Of a stretch of 46,056 nucleotides of DNA, positions 27,975-36,634 are shown in pieces. The stretch spans positions 1 through 46,056 of the IMG/VR virus record IMGVR_UViG_3300020409_000930; one strand, 5' to 3'. Source of the DNA: a virus (Duplodnaviria; Caudoviricetes). A program made the translations under genes and the position numbers. The notes under the pieces are model-generated. The model did not search any database. It was given only the letters and a program-made list of their open reading frames with translations, and was not told the origin of the DNA. Positions within the stretch are counted from its first letter, which is position 1. Each line of letters begins with the position of its first letter.

Positions 27975-28195
27975 TAGTCAATATCAATCCTTACTATGTG
28001 TTTTCTTAGTTCCTTTACAAAGAATTCTAACTTATCAATCATTGAAATCAAGTCTTTATCCGTGATATATCTACTTCGCTCTTTCAATTTGTCATATTCT
28101 CTCAACGATATTTGCACCATTGGAGAAAGATCTCTACTTGCCTCGTTTTCCATTGTTGCATCTAGTCCTCTTTGTTTTTCATCTGAGTCCGTCAT
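27974..28195 (-). CDS. Hypothetical protein
   Basis: AAGGAG SD; TAATG coupling. Confidence 0.65.
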   Translation of the reverse strand: MTDSDEKQRGLDATMENEASRDLSPMVQISLREYDKLKERSRYITDKDLISMIDKLEFFVKELRKHIVRIDID

Positions 28196-28204
28196 TTTAT
28201 CTCC

Positions 28205-28585
28205 TTAACTAATCTCCGATTTGTCTTTGCCCAAATCTTTAACATTAATATAACCTGCGCCTCTGTCTGGATCCATGCCTTCTTCTTGCAATATGTTTCT
28301 TGCAATAGTTTTAAACCATCCATCAACTATTTGTTCATTTGTTTCGCCTTTATAGCCTGCATCTAACAATTTTTCAATAAATTCATTGTTCCAATCTAGT
28401 TCAAAGAATCCATTTCTAATATTGTCTTCATTTACCTTTGTGTCTAATACAGCCACCCAAGGTTCGCCTGATTTTGTTGCCTGTTCTTTTTCTCTCATAA
28501 GTGCTTCAAGTCTTTTGTCTTTCTCCGTTTTTGGAGCGCCATCTTTCTTCTTGAATACATCTTTTACTTTTTTTACTATATCCAT
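28205..28585 (-). CDS. Conserved hypothetical phage protein
   Basis: GEPWV...GFFELDWN...F; start moved to Met just after the queE stop. Confidence 0.7.
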   Translation of the reverse strand: MDIVKKVKDVFKKKDGAPKTEKDKRLEALMREKEQATKSGEPWVAVLDTKVNEDNIRNGFFELDWNNEFIEKLLDAGYKGETNEQIVDGWFKTIARNILQEEGMDPDRGAGYINVKDLGKDKSEIS

Positions 28586-28586
28586 T

Positions 28587-29486
28587 TTAAGTTCCCCATT
28601 TATTTCCAAATATATCTACTTGCAGTCTTGGAGTGTAACGCCATCCTCTTTCCATTGCCAACTTGGCTACCCCTTGAGTGTTTAGATTATACATTTCCGA
28701 TCTGCCGCCTAATGGCATACAATATACCGGAACATTGATTCCAACCTCAGAATATTCTTTAACTGCCTTACCCACTTCATCAACGTCAGTTGAATCAGCA
28801 ACAACAAATTTAAAATATCCATCGCTGTTTGGAATATCAAAGTATGACCTTGCAATATCTGGCTTGATTGCAGTTTCCCACGGTTCGCCTGATACGGAAA
28901 GTTTCGGAGAACAACTCCAGGTCACTTTGAATCTTGTTTGTTTACGCAAATACTCTTCGAAATCTTTGTGCAACGGTTGTGTTGTATTTGTTTCGAATGT
29001 TACGTTTTTTAAGTCTTGCATTCTTGGATGCTCAAATAATTCCACATAAAATCTTTGCCAACCTAACAAAGGCTCTCCGCCTGTCAGTATAAAGTGTATG
29101 TCTTGTCCATTGTCCATAGTCCACTTGCCTTGCGGAGTAAGTCCTAACACATAATCAACCACTTCATCAATTGTGTGATCTTTCATATACTTCTTGAATT
29201 CAGGATAGATACTTGCATAAGTGTCACAACCAGTATGCACTATCGGAAGTTCTTCAAAAGTTTTCACTTTGTCAAGAACACCTTCATCTAATAATTTTTT
29301 TACTTCAGGATTGTATTTGATGCCTTGCTTTAATTTTTCTGCTCTGTTTGGATATCTGTCTATGCCAAAGTTCATGCATCTAAAATTACAGCCGAACGTT
29401 CTTAAGAATACTGAAGGAACACCTACAAATTTTCCTTCTCCTTGCACGGAGTAAAATGCTTCACTATATCTTAATCTACTACTCAT
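28587..29486 (-). CDS. queE: 7-carboxy-7-deazaguanine synthase (radical SAM)
   Basis: EAFYSVQGEG, FLRTFGCNFRC...GCDT, LTGGEP, FETN, SPKL, PRLQ; adjacent to folE. Confidence 0.88.
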   Translation of the reverse strand: MSSRLRYSEAFYSVQGEGKFVGVPSVFLRTFGCNFRCMNFGIDRYPNRAEKLKQGIKYNPEVKKLLDEGVLDKVKTFEELPIVHTGCDTYASIYPEFKKYMKDHTIDEVVDYVLGLTPQGKWTMDNGQDIHFILTGGEPLLGWQRFYVELFEHPRMQDLKNVTFETNTTQPLHKDFEEYLRKQTRFKVTWSCSPKLSVSGEPWETAIKPDIARSYFDIPNSDGYFKFVVADSTDVDEVGKAVKEYSEVGINVPVYCMPLGGRSEMYNLNTQGVAKLAMERGWRYTPRLQVDIFGNKWGT

Positions 29487-30153
29487 GACCTTTCATACTC
29501 AAACATATATCATAAAACTCTTTTTTCAACGGAGCGTGTTTATCGAACGCACCAAGTAATATTGCAGTTGTCATATCCGATTCATGTTCTCTAACACCTC
29601 TCTGTGTCATGCAGTGATGTTCTGCTTTTATCAATACAGCCACGTTTGGAGTTTTAGCATATTTCTGTAATGCTTCTGCTACCTGTGTTGTCATCTCTTC
29701 TTGTATCTGCGGACGTTCTGCAATATGATGAACTATCCTATTAAATTTAGAAAGTCCAATCACTTCTTTTTCTGGCAGTATACCTACCCAACATTTTCCT
29801 ACAATGTTCTGAAAGTGATGGGCACACGTTGACTTGACACTTATCGGACCGCTAGTGTATAAACTTCTATATCCCATATTAGGAAAAGAAGTGACCTTAG
29901 GTGGACTTATAAATCTACCTGCAAAGATCTCTTTCATATACATCTTCGCTACACGTCTTGCAGTTTCTTTTGTGTTGTGATCATTTTCAGTATCAATAAC
30001 TAGAGCATCTAGTACGCCTGAAAAAGATTCCTCAACTTCCTTTTGCAATTTTTCAATATCATCGCCTTCCAAAAAATCAGCAATATTATCATTACTGTGA
30101 AATCGTATGCCTTTTTCTTTAAGCCTTTGCCTAATCTTCTCTGATGTTTTCAT
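29479..30153 (-). CDS. folE: GTP cyclohydrolase I
   Basis: STCAHH, IGLSK, RPQIQE, AEHHCMTQRG. Confidence 0.95.
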   Translation of the reverse strand: MKTSEKIRQRLKEKGIRFHSNDNIADFLEGDDIEKLQKEVEESFSGVLDALVIDTENDHNTKETARRVAKMYMKEIFAGRFISPPKVTSFPNMGYRSLYTSGPISVKSTCAHHFQNIVGKCWVGILPEKEVIGLSKFNRIVHHIAERPQIQEEMTTQVAEALQKYAKTPNVAVLIKAEHHCMTQRGVREHESDMTTAILLGAFDKHAPLKKEFYDICLSMKGHE

Positions 30154-30365
30154 TAATCCCTCTTAATATATTTTTCTAACACTTCTATCTCATCGTGATA
30201 TTGTGCAATCACTTGTAGTTCCTTTTCGATTGCTTCTAATATATCAGGATGTTCACCAACGCCGACAGCCTTTTCCATGTAGACTTCGACATTAGCCGAG
30301 TGCTTCGCGATATGACCTTTTGCGTGTTCAATCAATGCGTCATATATCTTTTGTCTTGATGCCAT
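30153..30365 (-). CDS. Conserved small phage protein
   Basis: AGGAGG SD; VGVGEHPDI motif. Confidence 0.75.
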   Translation of the reverse strand: MASRQKIYDALIEHAKGHIAKHSANVEVYMEKAVGVGEHPDILEAIEKELQVIAQYHDEIEVLEKYIKRD

Positions 30366-30385
30366 AACATTTCCTCCTAATTGTT

Positions 30386-30414
30386 ATATTAACAAATTTT
30401 GTCCAATTTGTCAA
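30386..30414 (-). promoter_or_regulatory. Sigma70-type promoter for hyp-folE-queE
   Basis: TTGACA-17 nt-TAATAT with extended TG. Confidence 0.65.
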
Positions 30415-30991
30415 TGATTTGATTGTAAACAAGTTGATTTCCTTCTTCCGAATAATGATTTACTTTGCCTCTGTAATTGGGCCACATTTTGGATAGATCC
30501 AAAATATTATCTTCTTTTGCATAAAAATTTGATACATCAAAATGATCTACTGCCAAATATGGAATACTGATAAATTTTTTGATTTCTGCTCTAATCATAT
30601 TGTAGATATCGATAGCATACTCATCATCGTAGTGATGATGGAACCAATTTTTGGCAGTACGCAATCTAGGATTGAACCAGTCAAATTTGTCCATTATATC
30701 TGTGTAAATTAGATCACAGTCTTTGTGTAATCCTTCTTTGTGAACAGGATGTTCCGTTGTGTGTATTCTGCTTGGACTTGTATGACACACTATCACTGCG
30801 TCATAATTGTTTACCCAATATGCGTCTCTGGCGCTGAGGTTCCACAGTTGTTTTAAAATTTTGTATTCTCCAACTCCTGCCTGTGCAATGTTATTGACTG
30901 CATGGTTCTTTGCCAACATCAAAGGCCAACCTTCTCCAGTGGGCCATTCGCAACCAAAACTGTCTCCCGCCAATACTATTCTTTTAGCCAT
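30389..30991 (-). CDS. SGNH hydrolase-like protein
   Basis: LAGDSF, NIAQAG, C-terminal NHYSEEGN. Confidence 0.6.
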   Translation of the reverse strand: MAKRIVLAGDSFGCEWPTGEGWPLMLAKNHAVNNIAQAGVGEYKILKQLWNLSARDAYWVNNYDAVIVCHTSPSRIHTTEHPVHKEGLHKDCDLIYTDIMDKFDWFNPRLRTAKNWFHHHYDDEYAIDIYNMIRAEIKKFISIPYLAVDHFDVSNFYAKEDNILDLSKMWPNYRGKVNHYSEEGNQLVYNQIIDKLDKIC

Positions 30992-31791
30992 GACAGATAC
31001 TCCTTTGCGACCAGGTCGTGATATTGTTTATTGAAATGTTCATTGTCTTCTAAGAAATAATCTTCTGCTTTGTGTCCTAATGTATTTAGATGGTCTTCGA
31101 CACTCTTCTCTGCTCTCTTCAGTGTTTTAATTTTACCAAAATATTCAAAGTTGTTGGGCCATATGCCTCTGCTTCTAAAATTGAATACATACAACTTGGC
31201 GTTGTTTTCTGCACAAATATTGTCCCAAGCATATGCGTTCAACAAAAATTCTCTCTTTTCTAATGTTGTATTACACTCATTAAAAAGTTTTACCTGCATA
31301 TAAGAATCTTTTCTCAAATCAGGCTCTTGCAATCCTTCCTCATTTGTAAATTTAAAACCTTTTGCATTTTGATAATCTTCTGCTGTAGGTTTTGTTAATA
31401 TTTGAACTGTGTCGCCTGCGATAGGTTGATCAGAATATTTTTTAATCATGTCATTGGATTGTGGATGTTCTATAGTGAAATGATCAACTGGCTCTGCTTC
31501 TTGTTTTAACTTGCCATCAAAACTTATAACCATTCTATTCAATGGAGCAAGACACAAGAATACTTCGTCTATGTCATTGTGTTTGTCGAAGGATGTTTTC
31601 AACCAGTTTGTGTACAGACTGTTTGTTGCTCCTGGCTGTGCATATATGACAATAGGCTTATCATGTATTTTTGAATACGTTTCACAATAGTTGTTGTCGT
31701 TCCAGAAAGAATAACTGCCCGGACCAACCTTTCCTTCTATTGTTTGATAACCTACTGTGTGACTGTCACCTATGAAAAGTGTTCTACTCAT
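30976..31791 (-). CDS. SGNH hydrolase-like protein
   Basis: FIGDSHTVG, AQPGATN, DNEH (DxxH). Confidence 0.6.
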   Translation of the reverse strand: MSRTLFIGDSHTVGYQTIEGKVGPGSYSFWNDNNYCETYSKIHDKPIVIYAQPGATNSLYTNWLKTSFDKHNDIDEVFLCLAPLNRMVISFDGKLKQEAEPVDHFTIEHPQSNDMIKKYSDQPIAGDTVQILTKPTAEDYQNAKGFKFTNEEGLQEPDLRKDSYMQVKLFNECNTTLEKREFLLNAYAWDNICAENNAKLYVFNFRSRGIWPNNFEYFGKIKTLKRAEKSVEDHLNTLGHKAEDYFLEDNEHFNKQYHDLVAKEYLSWLKE

Positions 31792-32167
31792 TTTTTGTGT
31801 AATCCCCTTTGCCTGGTATAACGTTTCTTACACCGCCTTTAGGATTCTCACAATCGCCATCTTTTCTAGGAATAAGATGCACGTGTGGATACATCACTGT
31901 TTGTCCTGCGGCTTCTCCAACATTTATTCCGATGTTGTAACCTTGTATTACGCCTTTTGCAATATTATCGTTTCCGATTTTAATTGCAAGTTCAACACAT
32001 CTTATAATTCTTTCCTGTGTTGCTTCTTTAGGCACAATTAAACTATGTCCTTCTGTGACAGGAAATCCGTCATTGTACCACACCATATCTTTGAAATCAT
32101 ATACGACATCGCTCCAAGGTGCTCTGCCTTCTTTCTTTGCTTGTTCTAATGTATCAACTTTTATCAT
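31784..32167 (-). CDS. HIT family nucleotide hydrolase
   Basis: PVTEGHSLIVPK, AAGQTVMYPHVHLIPR; start set at TAATG overlap 32167. Confidence 0.9.
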   Translation of the reverse strand: MIKVDTLEQAKKEGRAPWSDVVYDFKDMVWYNDGFPVTEGHSLIVPKEATQERIIRCVELAIKIGNDNIAKGVIQGYNIGINVGEAAGQTVMYPHVHLIPRKDGDCENPKGGVRNVIPGKGDYTKNE

Positions 32168-32619
32168 TACCATTCCTCCCACGGAAAAACAATCCAACAT
32201 GGTAACACATCTTTGTCTATTCCATAACAATAATAATTTAGTTTCTCGAACTTACTAGGTGCGTTATGTATGATTGCGGCAGTTCTTACTCTGTCCTCAC
32301 CACCAAAATTCTTATTGATGTAATTAAATGTTTCTCCAGTATCATTTATATCATCTATAATTAATATCTTCTTTTGAAATGCGTATGCCTTTTCCAAATT
32401 TCTTAAATCAGGTTTTGCCTTGTGATCTCTTAATCTTACGTCCAATGCTTCATGAGGTTTGTTTAATCTGTGGCTAAGATATATTCCAGGTATGCAACCA
32501 CCTCTATTAATACCCATTATTACATCAGGTTCCCAATTATCCTCAGCCATTCTATCAGCAATTTTTTCAAGTGCGTTACGCACTTGTATCATTGTGAAGT
32601 ATTGCTTGTTTACAGTCAT
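32167..32619 (-). CDS. Type I phosphoribosyltransferase (xanthine/guanine PRT-like)
   Basis: GINRGG, LIIDDINDTGET PRPP loop, WIVFPWE. Confidence 0.9.
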   Translation of the reverse strand: MTVNKQYFTMIQVRNALEKIADRMAEDNWEPDVIMGINRGGCIPGIYLSHRLNKPHEALDVRLRDHKAKPDLRNLEKAYAFQKKILIIDDINDTGETFNYINKNFGGEDRVRTAAIIHNAPSKFEKLNYYCYGIDKDVLPCWIVFPWEEW

Positions 32620-32990
32620 TAATAATTTTCCTCATCTGGATTTTTAGAAACATAATCGTTATAACATATACGCCATATATTTCTAAACTTGTCATAAGCA
32701 ATTTTTAAACTGGGATATTCTGCACACAGTTCATCAATTTTTTCAAGAGTAGGCACACTGTCTTCAAACGGCTTAGGTAATTTAAAGTCTTCGAACGTCA
32801 TGTTCTCCATGCCTTTACCTGCATCTGCTCTCATCATATCATTAATGTCCACAGTGTCCACAGTTCCGCCACCATCATAACTTACTTGATATGACTGAGT
32901 GGGTGTTGCCCAGCCCCCTGCAAAGGTATCTCCCTTGACTGTGTAAGTGATGTCAGGGTCTTCTGCCGGAGTCTTTTTGTCTTTATCCAT
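32619..32990 (-). CDS. Hypothetical protein
   Basis: GAGGAG SD, TAATG coupling on both sides. Confidence 0.65.
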   Translation of the reverse strand: MDKDKKTPAEDPDITYTVKGDTFAGGWATPTQSYQVSYDGGGTVDTVDINDMMRADAGKGMENMTFEDFKLPKPFEDSVPTLEKIDELCAEYPSLKIAYDKFRNIWRICYNDYVSKNPDEENY

Positions 32991-33553
32991 TAATACAACT
33001 CCTCAATCTTATCACAAATTTTTAGTTTCAATGCGTCTTTGGCATCTAACCAAACGTCCTGCGGTGGAAGTAGTATTTCTCTAATTTGTTTCTCGCTCAT
33101 ACCAATGCACTTTTTATAATGATTGATCATTCTTTTTGTGCTGAGTTCGAACTCTTTTACACGAGCAAATAGTTCATGTTCTTTACCTTCACTACCCCAA
33201 CTGTATTGGTGTGATAATATTGAAGTGTTTGGAGTCAAAATTCTTTTTCCTTTCGCACCTGCTATGAATAATAGGAATCCACAACTTGCAATAAGTCCTA
33301 GTCCAACAGTCTTAATTGGTATAGTACTTGCTTTCATTGTGTCTATTAAGGCAAATGCGGCGTGTACATCTCCGCCTGGCGAATTAATTATTAGTGTCAA
33401 TTGTGGCAATCTATTTTCAGATAGATTGTGATTCATTATCCACTTGATTACATCTCTGCATGAATCTGTGTTAATGTCATCCATTAGTACATATATTCCG
33501 TTGGATGCTAAATTATTTGTAGGCGTGTTATTGTTGCTTTGCTTTTTAGCCAT
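32990..33553 (-). CDS. clpP: ClpP-like serine protease
   Basis: INSPGG, GLIASCG (catalytic Ser), SHQ (His), DVWLDA. Confidence 0.88.
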   Translation of the reverse strand: MAKKQSNNNTPTNNLASNGIYVLMDDINTDSCRDVIKWIMNHNLSENRLPQLTLIINSPGGDVHAAFALIDTMKASTIPIKTVGLGLIASCGFLLFIAGAKGKRILTPNTSILSHQYSWGSEGKEHELFARVKEFELSTKRMINHYKKCIGMSEKQIREILLPPQDVWLDAKDALKLKICDKIEELY

Positions 33554-34622
33554 TTGATATTACTCCATATAGTTTATTTCCTGAAAAGAATGTATCTTTC
33601 AATTTGTCTTTTTGTTTATAGATTAACGGAATATATTTTTTATAGTTTTCCATGTAATCTTCAATTTTAGCAATTAGTTTTTTCTTGTTTGCCAAATAGT
33701 TTTGCCAATCTTCAGTCCATATACTTGGATAAGCAAATTCTGGGATAGCCATTTCGCTATAACTTAATCTGTCCGGAACCATAGGGATCACATCTAATAA
33801 TGCTCCTTCATACCAACTTATGCCCAATGTTTCTTGTAAGTTTGCACTGAATATCATTTTAGCACTGCCTAATAGATTGTGATATTCATTTTTACTTAAA
33901 GCCTTTTCTTGACACGCCACAAATTCATATTGTGGCATTGCTTGTTTTAAATCATTGAATATTGCAGGTTGTTTTTCAGGAGCCATTCTGTGTGGAAACA
34001 GAATAACATCTTTCTTGTCCATGTTCTTGTATAAACTTAATGTTGGTTCCATATATTCCATAGGCCAACCTACTCTGGATATTTTTTCTTTTGGTCCAGG
34101 ATTCAATCCTAAATATTTTCCTGTGTCTTTAAATACTTCTGTAAACATATTGATATGGAACTCTGTTGCAAAAAAATTGTGATCAAATACGTCAAACATT
34201 GCCCGTTCAGTATTTCTAACCCAATCTGCATCACCAATTAGTCTTCCTAAGAAGTCTTGTGGATCATACGAACCGGCGTGCCACATACCACCTATTTTAA
34301 TTTTTACATTCAACAATTCTGACATATATTTTAATTGTAAGACAGTAGGATTCCATGCATCTGTGTAAAGGAAGTAATCTCCATCTTTCACTTTACCCTC
34401 ACAGAACATTGTACCTATCTTTTCCATCTGTGCCGACTTGTAGACGTTAGTTCCACCAAAGTTTAAGAAAGCACCCGGCGTTGTTGCTTGAGGCGTGTCA
34501 CCACCGCTTATTGTTATCACGTTTTGATTAGTCGCACGTTTCAATTGTTTAGGAAGATGTTCCTTCCATTCTTTTGTGTATCTTGTATCTACTGCTTCTA
34601 AATCAACTATGTATATTGTCAT
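33546..34622 (-). CDS. GT-B (GT4-like) glycosyltransferase, GTDC1/QTMAN-like
   Basis: ILFPHRMAPEKQP; EYHNLL...SANLQETLGISWYEG (EX7E); PDRLSYSE. Confidence 0.78.
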   Translation of the reverse strand: MTIYIVDLEAVDTRYTKEWKEHLPKQLKRATNQNVITISGGDTPQATTPGAFLNFGGTNVYKSAQMEKIGTMFCEGKVKDGDYFLYTDAWNPTVLQLKYMSELLNVKIKIGGMWHAGSYDPQDFLGRLIGDADWVRNTERAMFDVFDHNFFATEFHINMFTEVFKDTGKYLGLNPGPKEKISRVGWPMEYMEPTLSLYKNMDKKDVILFPHRMAPEKQPAIFNDLKQAMPQYEFVACQEKALSKNEYHNLLGSAKMIFSANLQETLGISWYEGALLDVIPMVPDRLSYSEMAIPEFAYPSIWTEDWQNYLANKKKLIAKIEDYMENYKKYIPLIYKQKDKLKDTFFSGNKLYGVISNG

Positions 34623-34786
34623 TTGTCTTCTAAATATCCTAATACTGCTAATCCTATAAAAAAGAAAGCACCAAACATGAACATATCGGAAATAAATTCA
34701 TCACCGCCATATAGACCAGGCATTGGCATATACCATGCGAAGCCTACAAGTAAGGCAAGACCTATGCTACCAAAGAGTACCCACAT
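34619..34786 (-). CDS. Small two-helix membrane protein (55 aa)
   Basis: ATG at 34786 directly after the upstream stop; two hydrophobic stretches; ATGA overlap with the GT. Confidence 0.55.
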   Translation of the reverse strand: MWVLFGSIGLALLVGFAWYMPMPGLYGGDEFISDMFMFGAFFFIGLAVLGYLEDK

Positions 34787-34787
34787 A

Positions 34788-35210
34788 CTAGGCCCCCGAT
34801 ATAACTTCTTCTTGTCCCTTGTGATAATATGCGTGACTTCCATTTTCTCCATCTTCACTCACTTCTATTTCAATATCTCTGTTAGGATATTTTTTGTTTA
34901 TTACAGCATACAAATCATCACTGATCATTTCACAAGATTTATAGTTTAATTGTAAAGTTTTTTCTGTGTACAATTTTTCTAACCATCTCTTAAACTGGAT
35001 AAACTCAATATCTCTATCATCGTGGAATACTTCTATTCCTACTTTGAAATGAAATATGTGTCTATGAACATAACCTAAGAAAGAAACATCATATTCATCA
35101 CCTGTTGCCAATTTTGGATCATCCAAAGCCGCAGGATATTTGTGAAGTCCTTCTTTTCTAAAAGTTACCCATATAAGTTTGTTTACGTGTTTTTCCATAT
35201 TTTTAAACAT
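34788..35210 (-). CDS. QueD/PTPS-like T-fold enzyme
   Basis: H...HRH metal-binding triad-like motif, DIEF, SCEM (equivalent to T/S-xE), C-terminal VSEDGEN; folE/queE context. Confidence 0.65.
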   Translation of the reverse strand: MFKNMEKHVNKLIWVTFRKEGLHKYPAALDDPKLATGDEYDVSFLGYVHRHIFHFKVGIEVFHDDRDIEFIQFKRWLEKLYTEKTLQLNYKSCEMISDDLYAVINKKYPNRDIEIEVSEDGENGSHAYYHKGQEEVISGA

Positions 35211-35216
35211 TCCTTT

Positions 35217-35245
35217 AGTATAGCATTTTTACTCTTCATTGTCAA
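35217..35245 (-). promoter_or_regulatory. Sigma70-type promoter for QueD-like/GT genes
   Basis: TTGACA-17 nt-TATACT with extended TG, 6 nt before ATG 35210. Confidence 0.75.
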
Positions 35246-35741
35246 CGTCAATCACCGTATCGCCAACATATTCAGACCAATCTGTGTAGTGCATATTTTC
35301 TGTGATCGCTTTCAAGTTTTTACTCCAAACACCTGTGTTTGAATGTCCCCACGTCACGTCATCAATTTTGAGTGTAGTGTTTTTATTCAATTTATAGATG
35401 TTTGGTATTTTTGCACTTACCATCGGAATGAATCTTTCAAATTTCATAAGTCCTGTATCTGTCACAGTTTCAATAAATTCTATACCAAAGTCTAAAGTGA
35501 CCCAGTATTTGTTTTCTAATAATTCTTTCATCACAGTTGTAAACTGCTCATTACCATCATAACTTTGACTTGTACCAAAGTAAATGTGTTTGCAATTATG
35601 ATGATCTGCCAAGTCCATTATTTCTTTAGGATCTCTAGTCCCAACAACAAATAGTGTTCTGAATCCTTTTGCTATTGTGTTTTCTATTTCATCACCAACG
35701 AAATAAACAACTTGTTTTCTTTTTTGTGTGTCTAAAGCCAT
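35229..35741 (-). CDS. Conserved hypothetical protein within the deazaguanine locus
   Basis: Coupled ORF; motifs TLFVVG, HIYFG, KIDD, SNTGVW. Confidence 0.7.
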   Translation of the reverse strand: MALDTQKRKQVVYFVGDEIENTIAKGFRTLFVVGTRDPKEIMDLADHHNCKHIYFGTSQSYDGNEQFTTVMKELLENKYWVTLDFGIEFIETVTDTGLMKFERFIPMVSAKIPNIYKLNKNTTLKIDDVTWGHSNTGVWSKNLKAITENMHYTDWSEYVGDTVIDVDNEE

Positions 35742-36634
35742 TCTATATATCCTCTATTATAACCTGGCATTCTTTGATTGCCTTCTTTGAAAGCATCACG
35801 CCATTCTGTATCTCTGTCATATCCTTTACTCCAAAATCCACTTATGTCTAAAGCACCCGTCTCAATCATTTTTACTGCCATCTTCATACATCTTTGAAAA
35901 TCTTTCTGTCTTGGACTTGGAAATATAAGTGTCGCCGCATTCCATAATAGTTTGTCAAATTTTGTTGTTATTCCATTTGTTTTTTCTGCACCCAACACTA
36001 CCAGACCTTGCTCACCAACTAAATCCTGTTTGAACACTTCATCTCTTGTGTTTAGATCAACAACAATATCATAGGGACCATCTACTTCATTTTTTAATTT
36101 GTCTCCCCAAAGTTCTTTGTTGCTACTACCCAAAACATCTACGTCAAAGAAATAATGTGCATTTAGATATTGATATACTACCCATGCTAAAAAGCCACTG
36201 CCAATTATTAAAAGTCTTGCACCTTTGGCATTACGTTTTTCAAATTGACTTTCTTCTTGCATAACAACATTCAAACCACAAGCAACTGGCTCAATGATGT
36301 ATTTAGGATCAAGTCTTGGCACTTTCACATAAGTTCCTGCACGAGCATTGTATTCATCTGCGTATGCAGGTTCACCTCTTGTTGCCACTAAATCTCCTTC
36401 TTGTACGTCCTTGACGTCTTTGCCACATTCTAAAACCTCGCCCAGTCCTTCATGTCCTTGCATCTCCAAAGGCAAAGGACCAAACTTGCCATTCATCATA
36501 TCTATATCGCTTCTGCACACGCCAGTCATTTTTGCCTGCACACGTATTTCATTGTCTTGAATGTTAGGCAGTTCAAAGTCTTTTTCTTCAAAAGAACCAT
36601 TACCTTCAGTGTAAAGTATTTTCACTGTCTTCAC
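35732..36634 (-). CDS. Zn-dependent medium-chain alcohol dehydrogenase-like protein
   Basis: GVCRSD, GHEGLG, EPVAC, IIGSGFLA Rossmann motif. Confidence 0.85.
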   Translation of the reverse strand: MKTVKILYTEGNGSFEEKDFELPNIQDNEIRVQAKMTGVCRSDIDMMNGKFGPLPLEMQGHEGLGEVLECGKDVKDVQEGDLVATRGEPAYADEYNARAGTYVKVPRLDPKYIIEPVACGLNVVMQEESQFEKRNAKGARLLIIGSGFLAWVVYQYLNAHYFFDVDVLGSSNKELWGDKLKNEVDGPYDIVVDLNTRDEVFKQDLVGEQGLVVLGAEKTNGITTKFDKLLWNAATLIFPSPRQKDFQRCMKMAVKMIETGALDISGFWSKGYDRDTEWRDAFKEGNQRMPGYNRGYIEWL

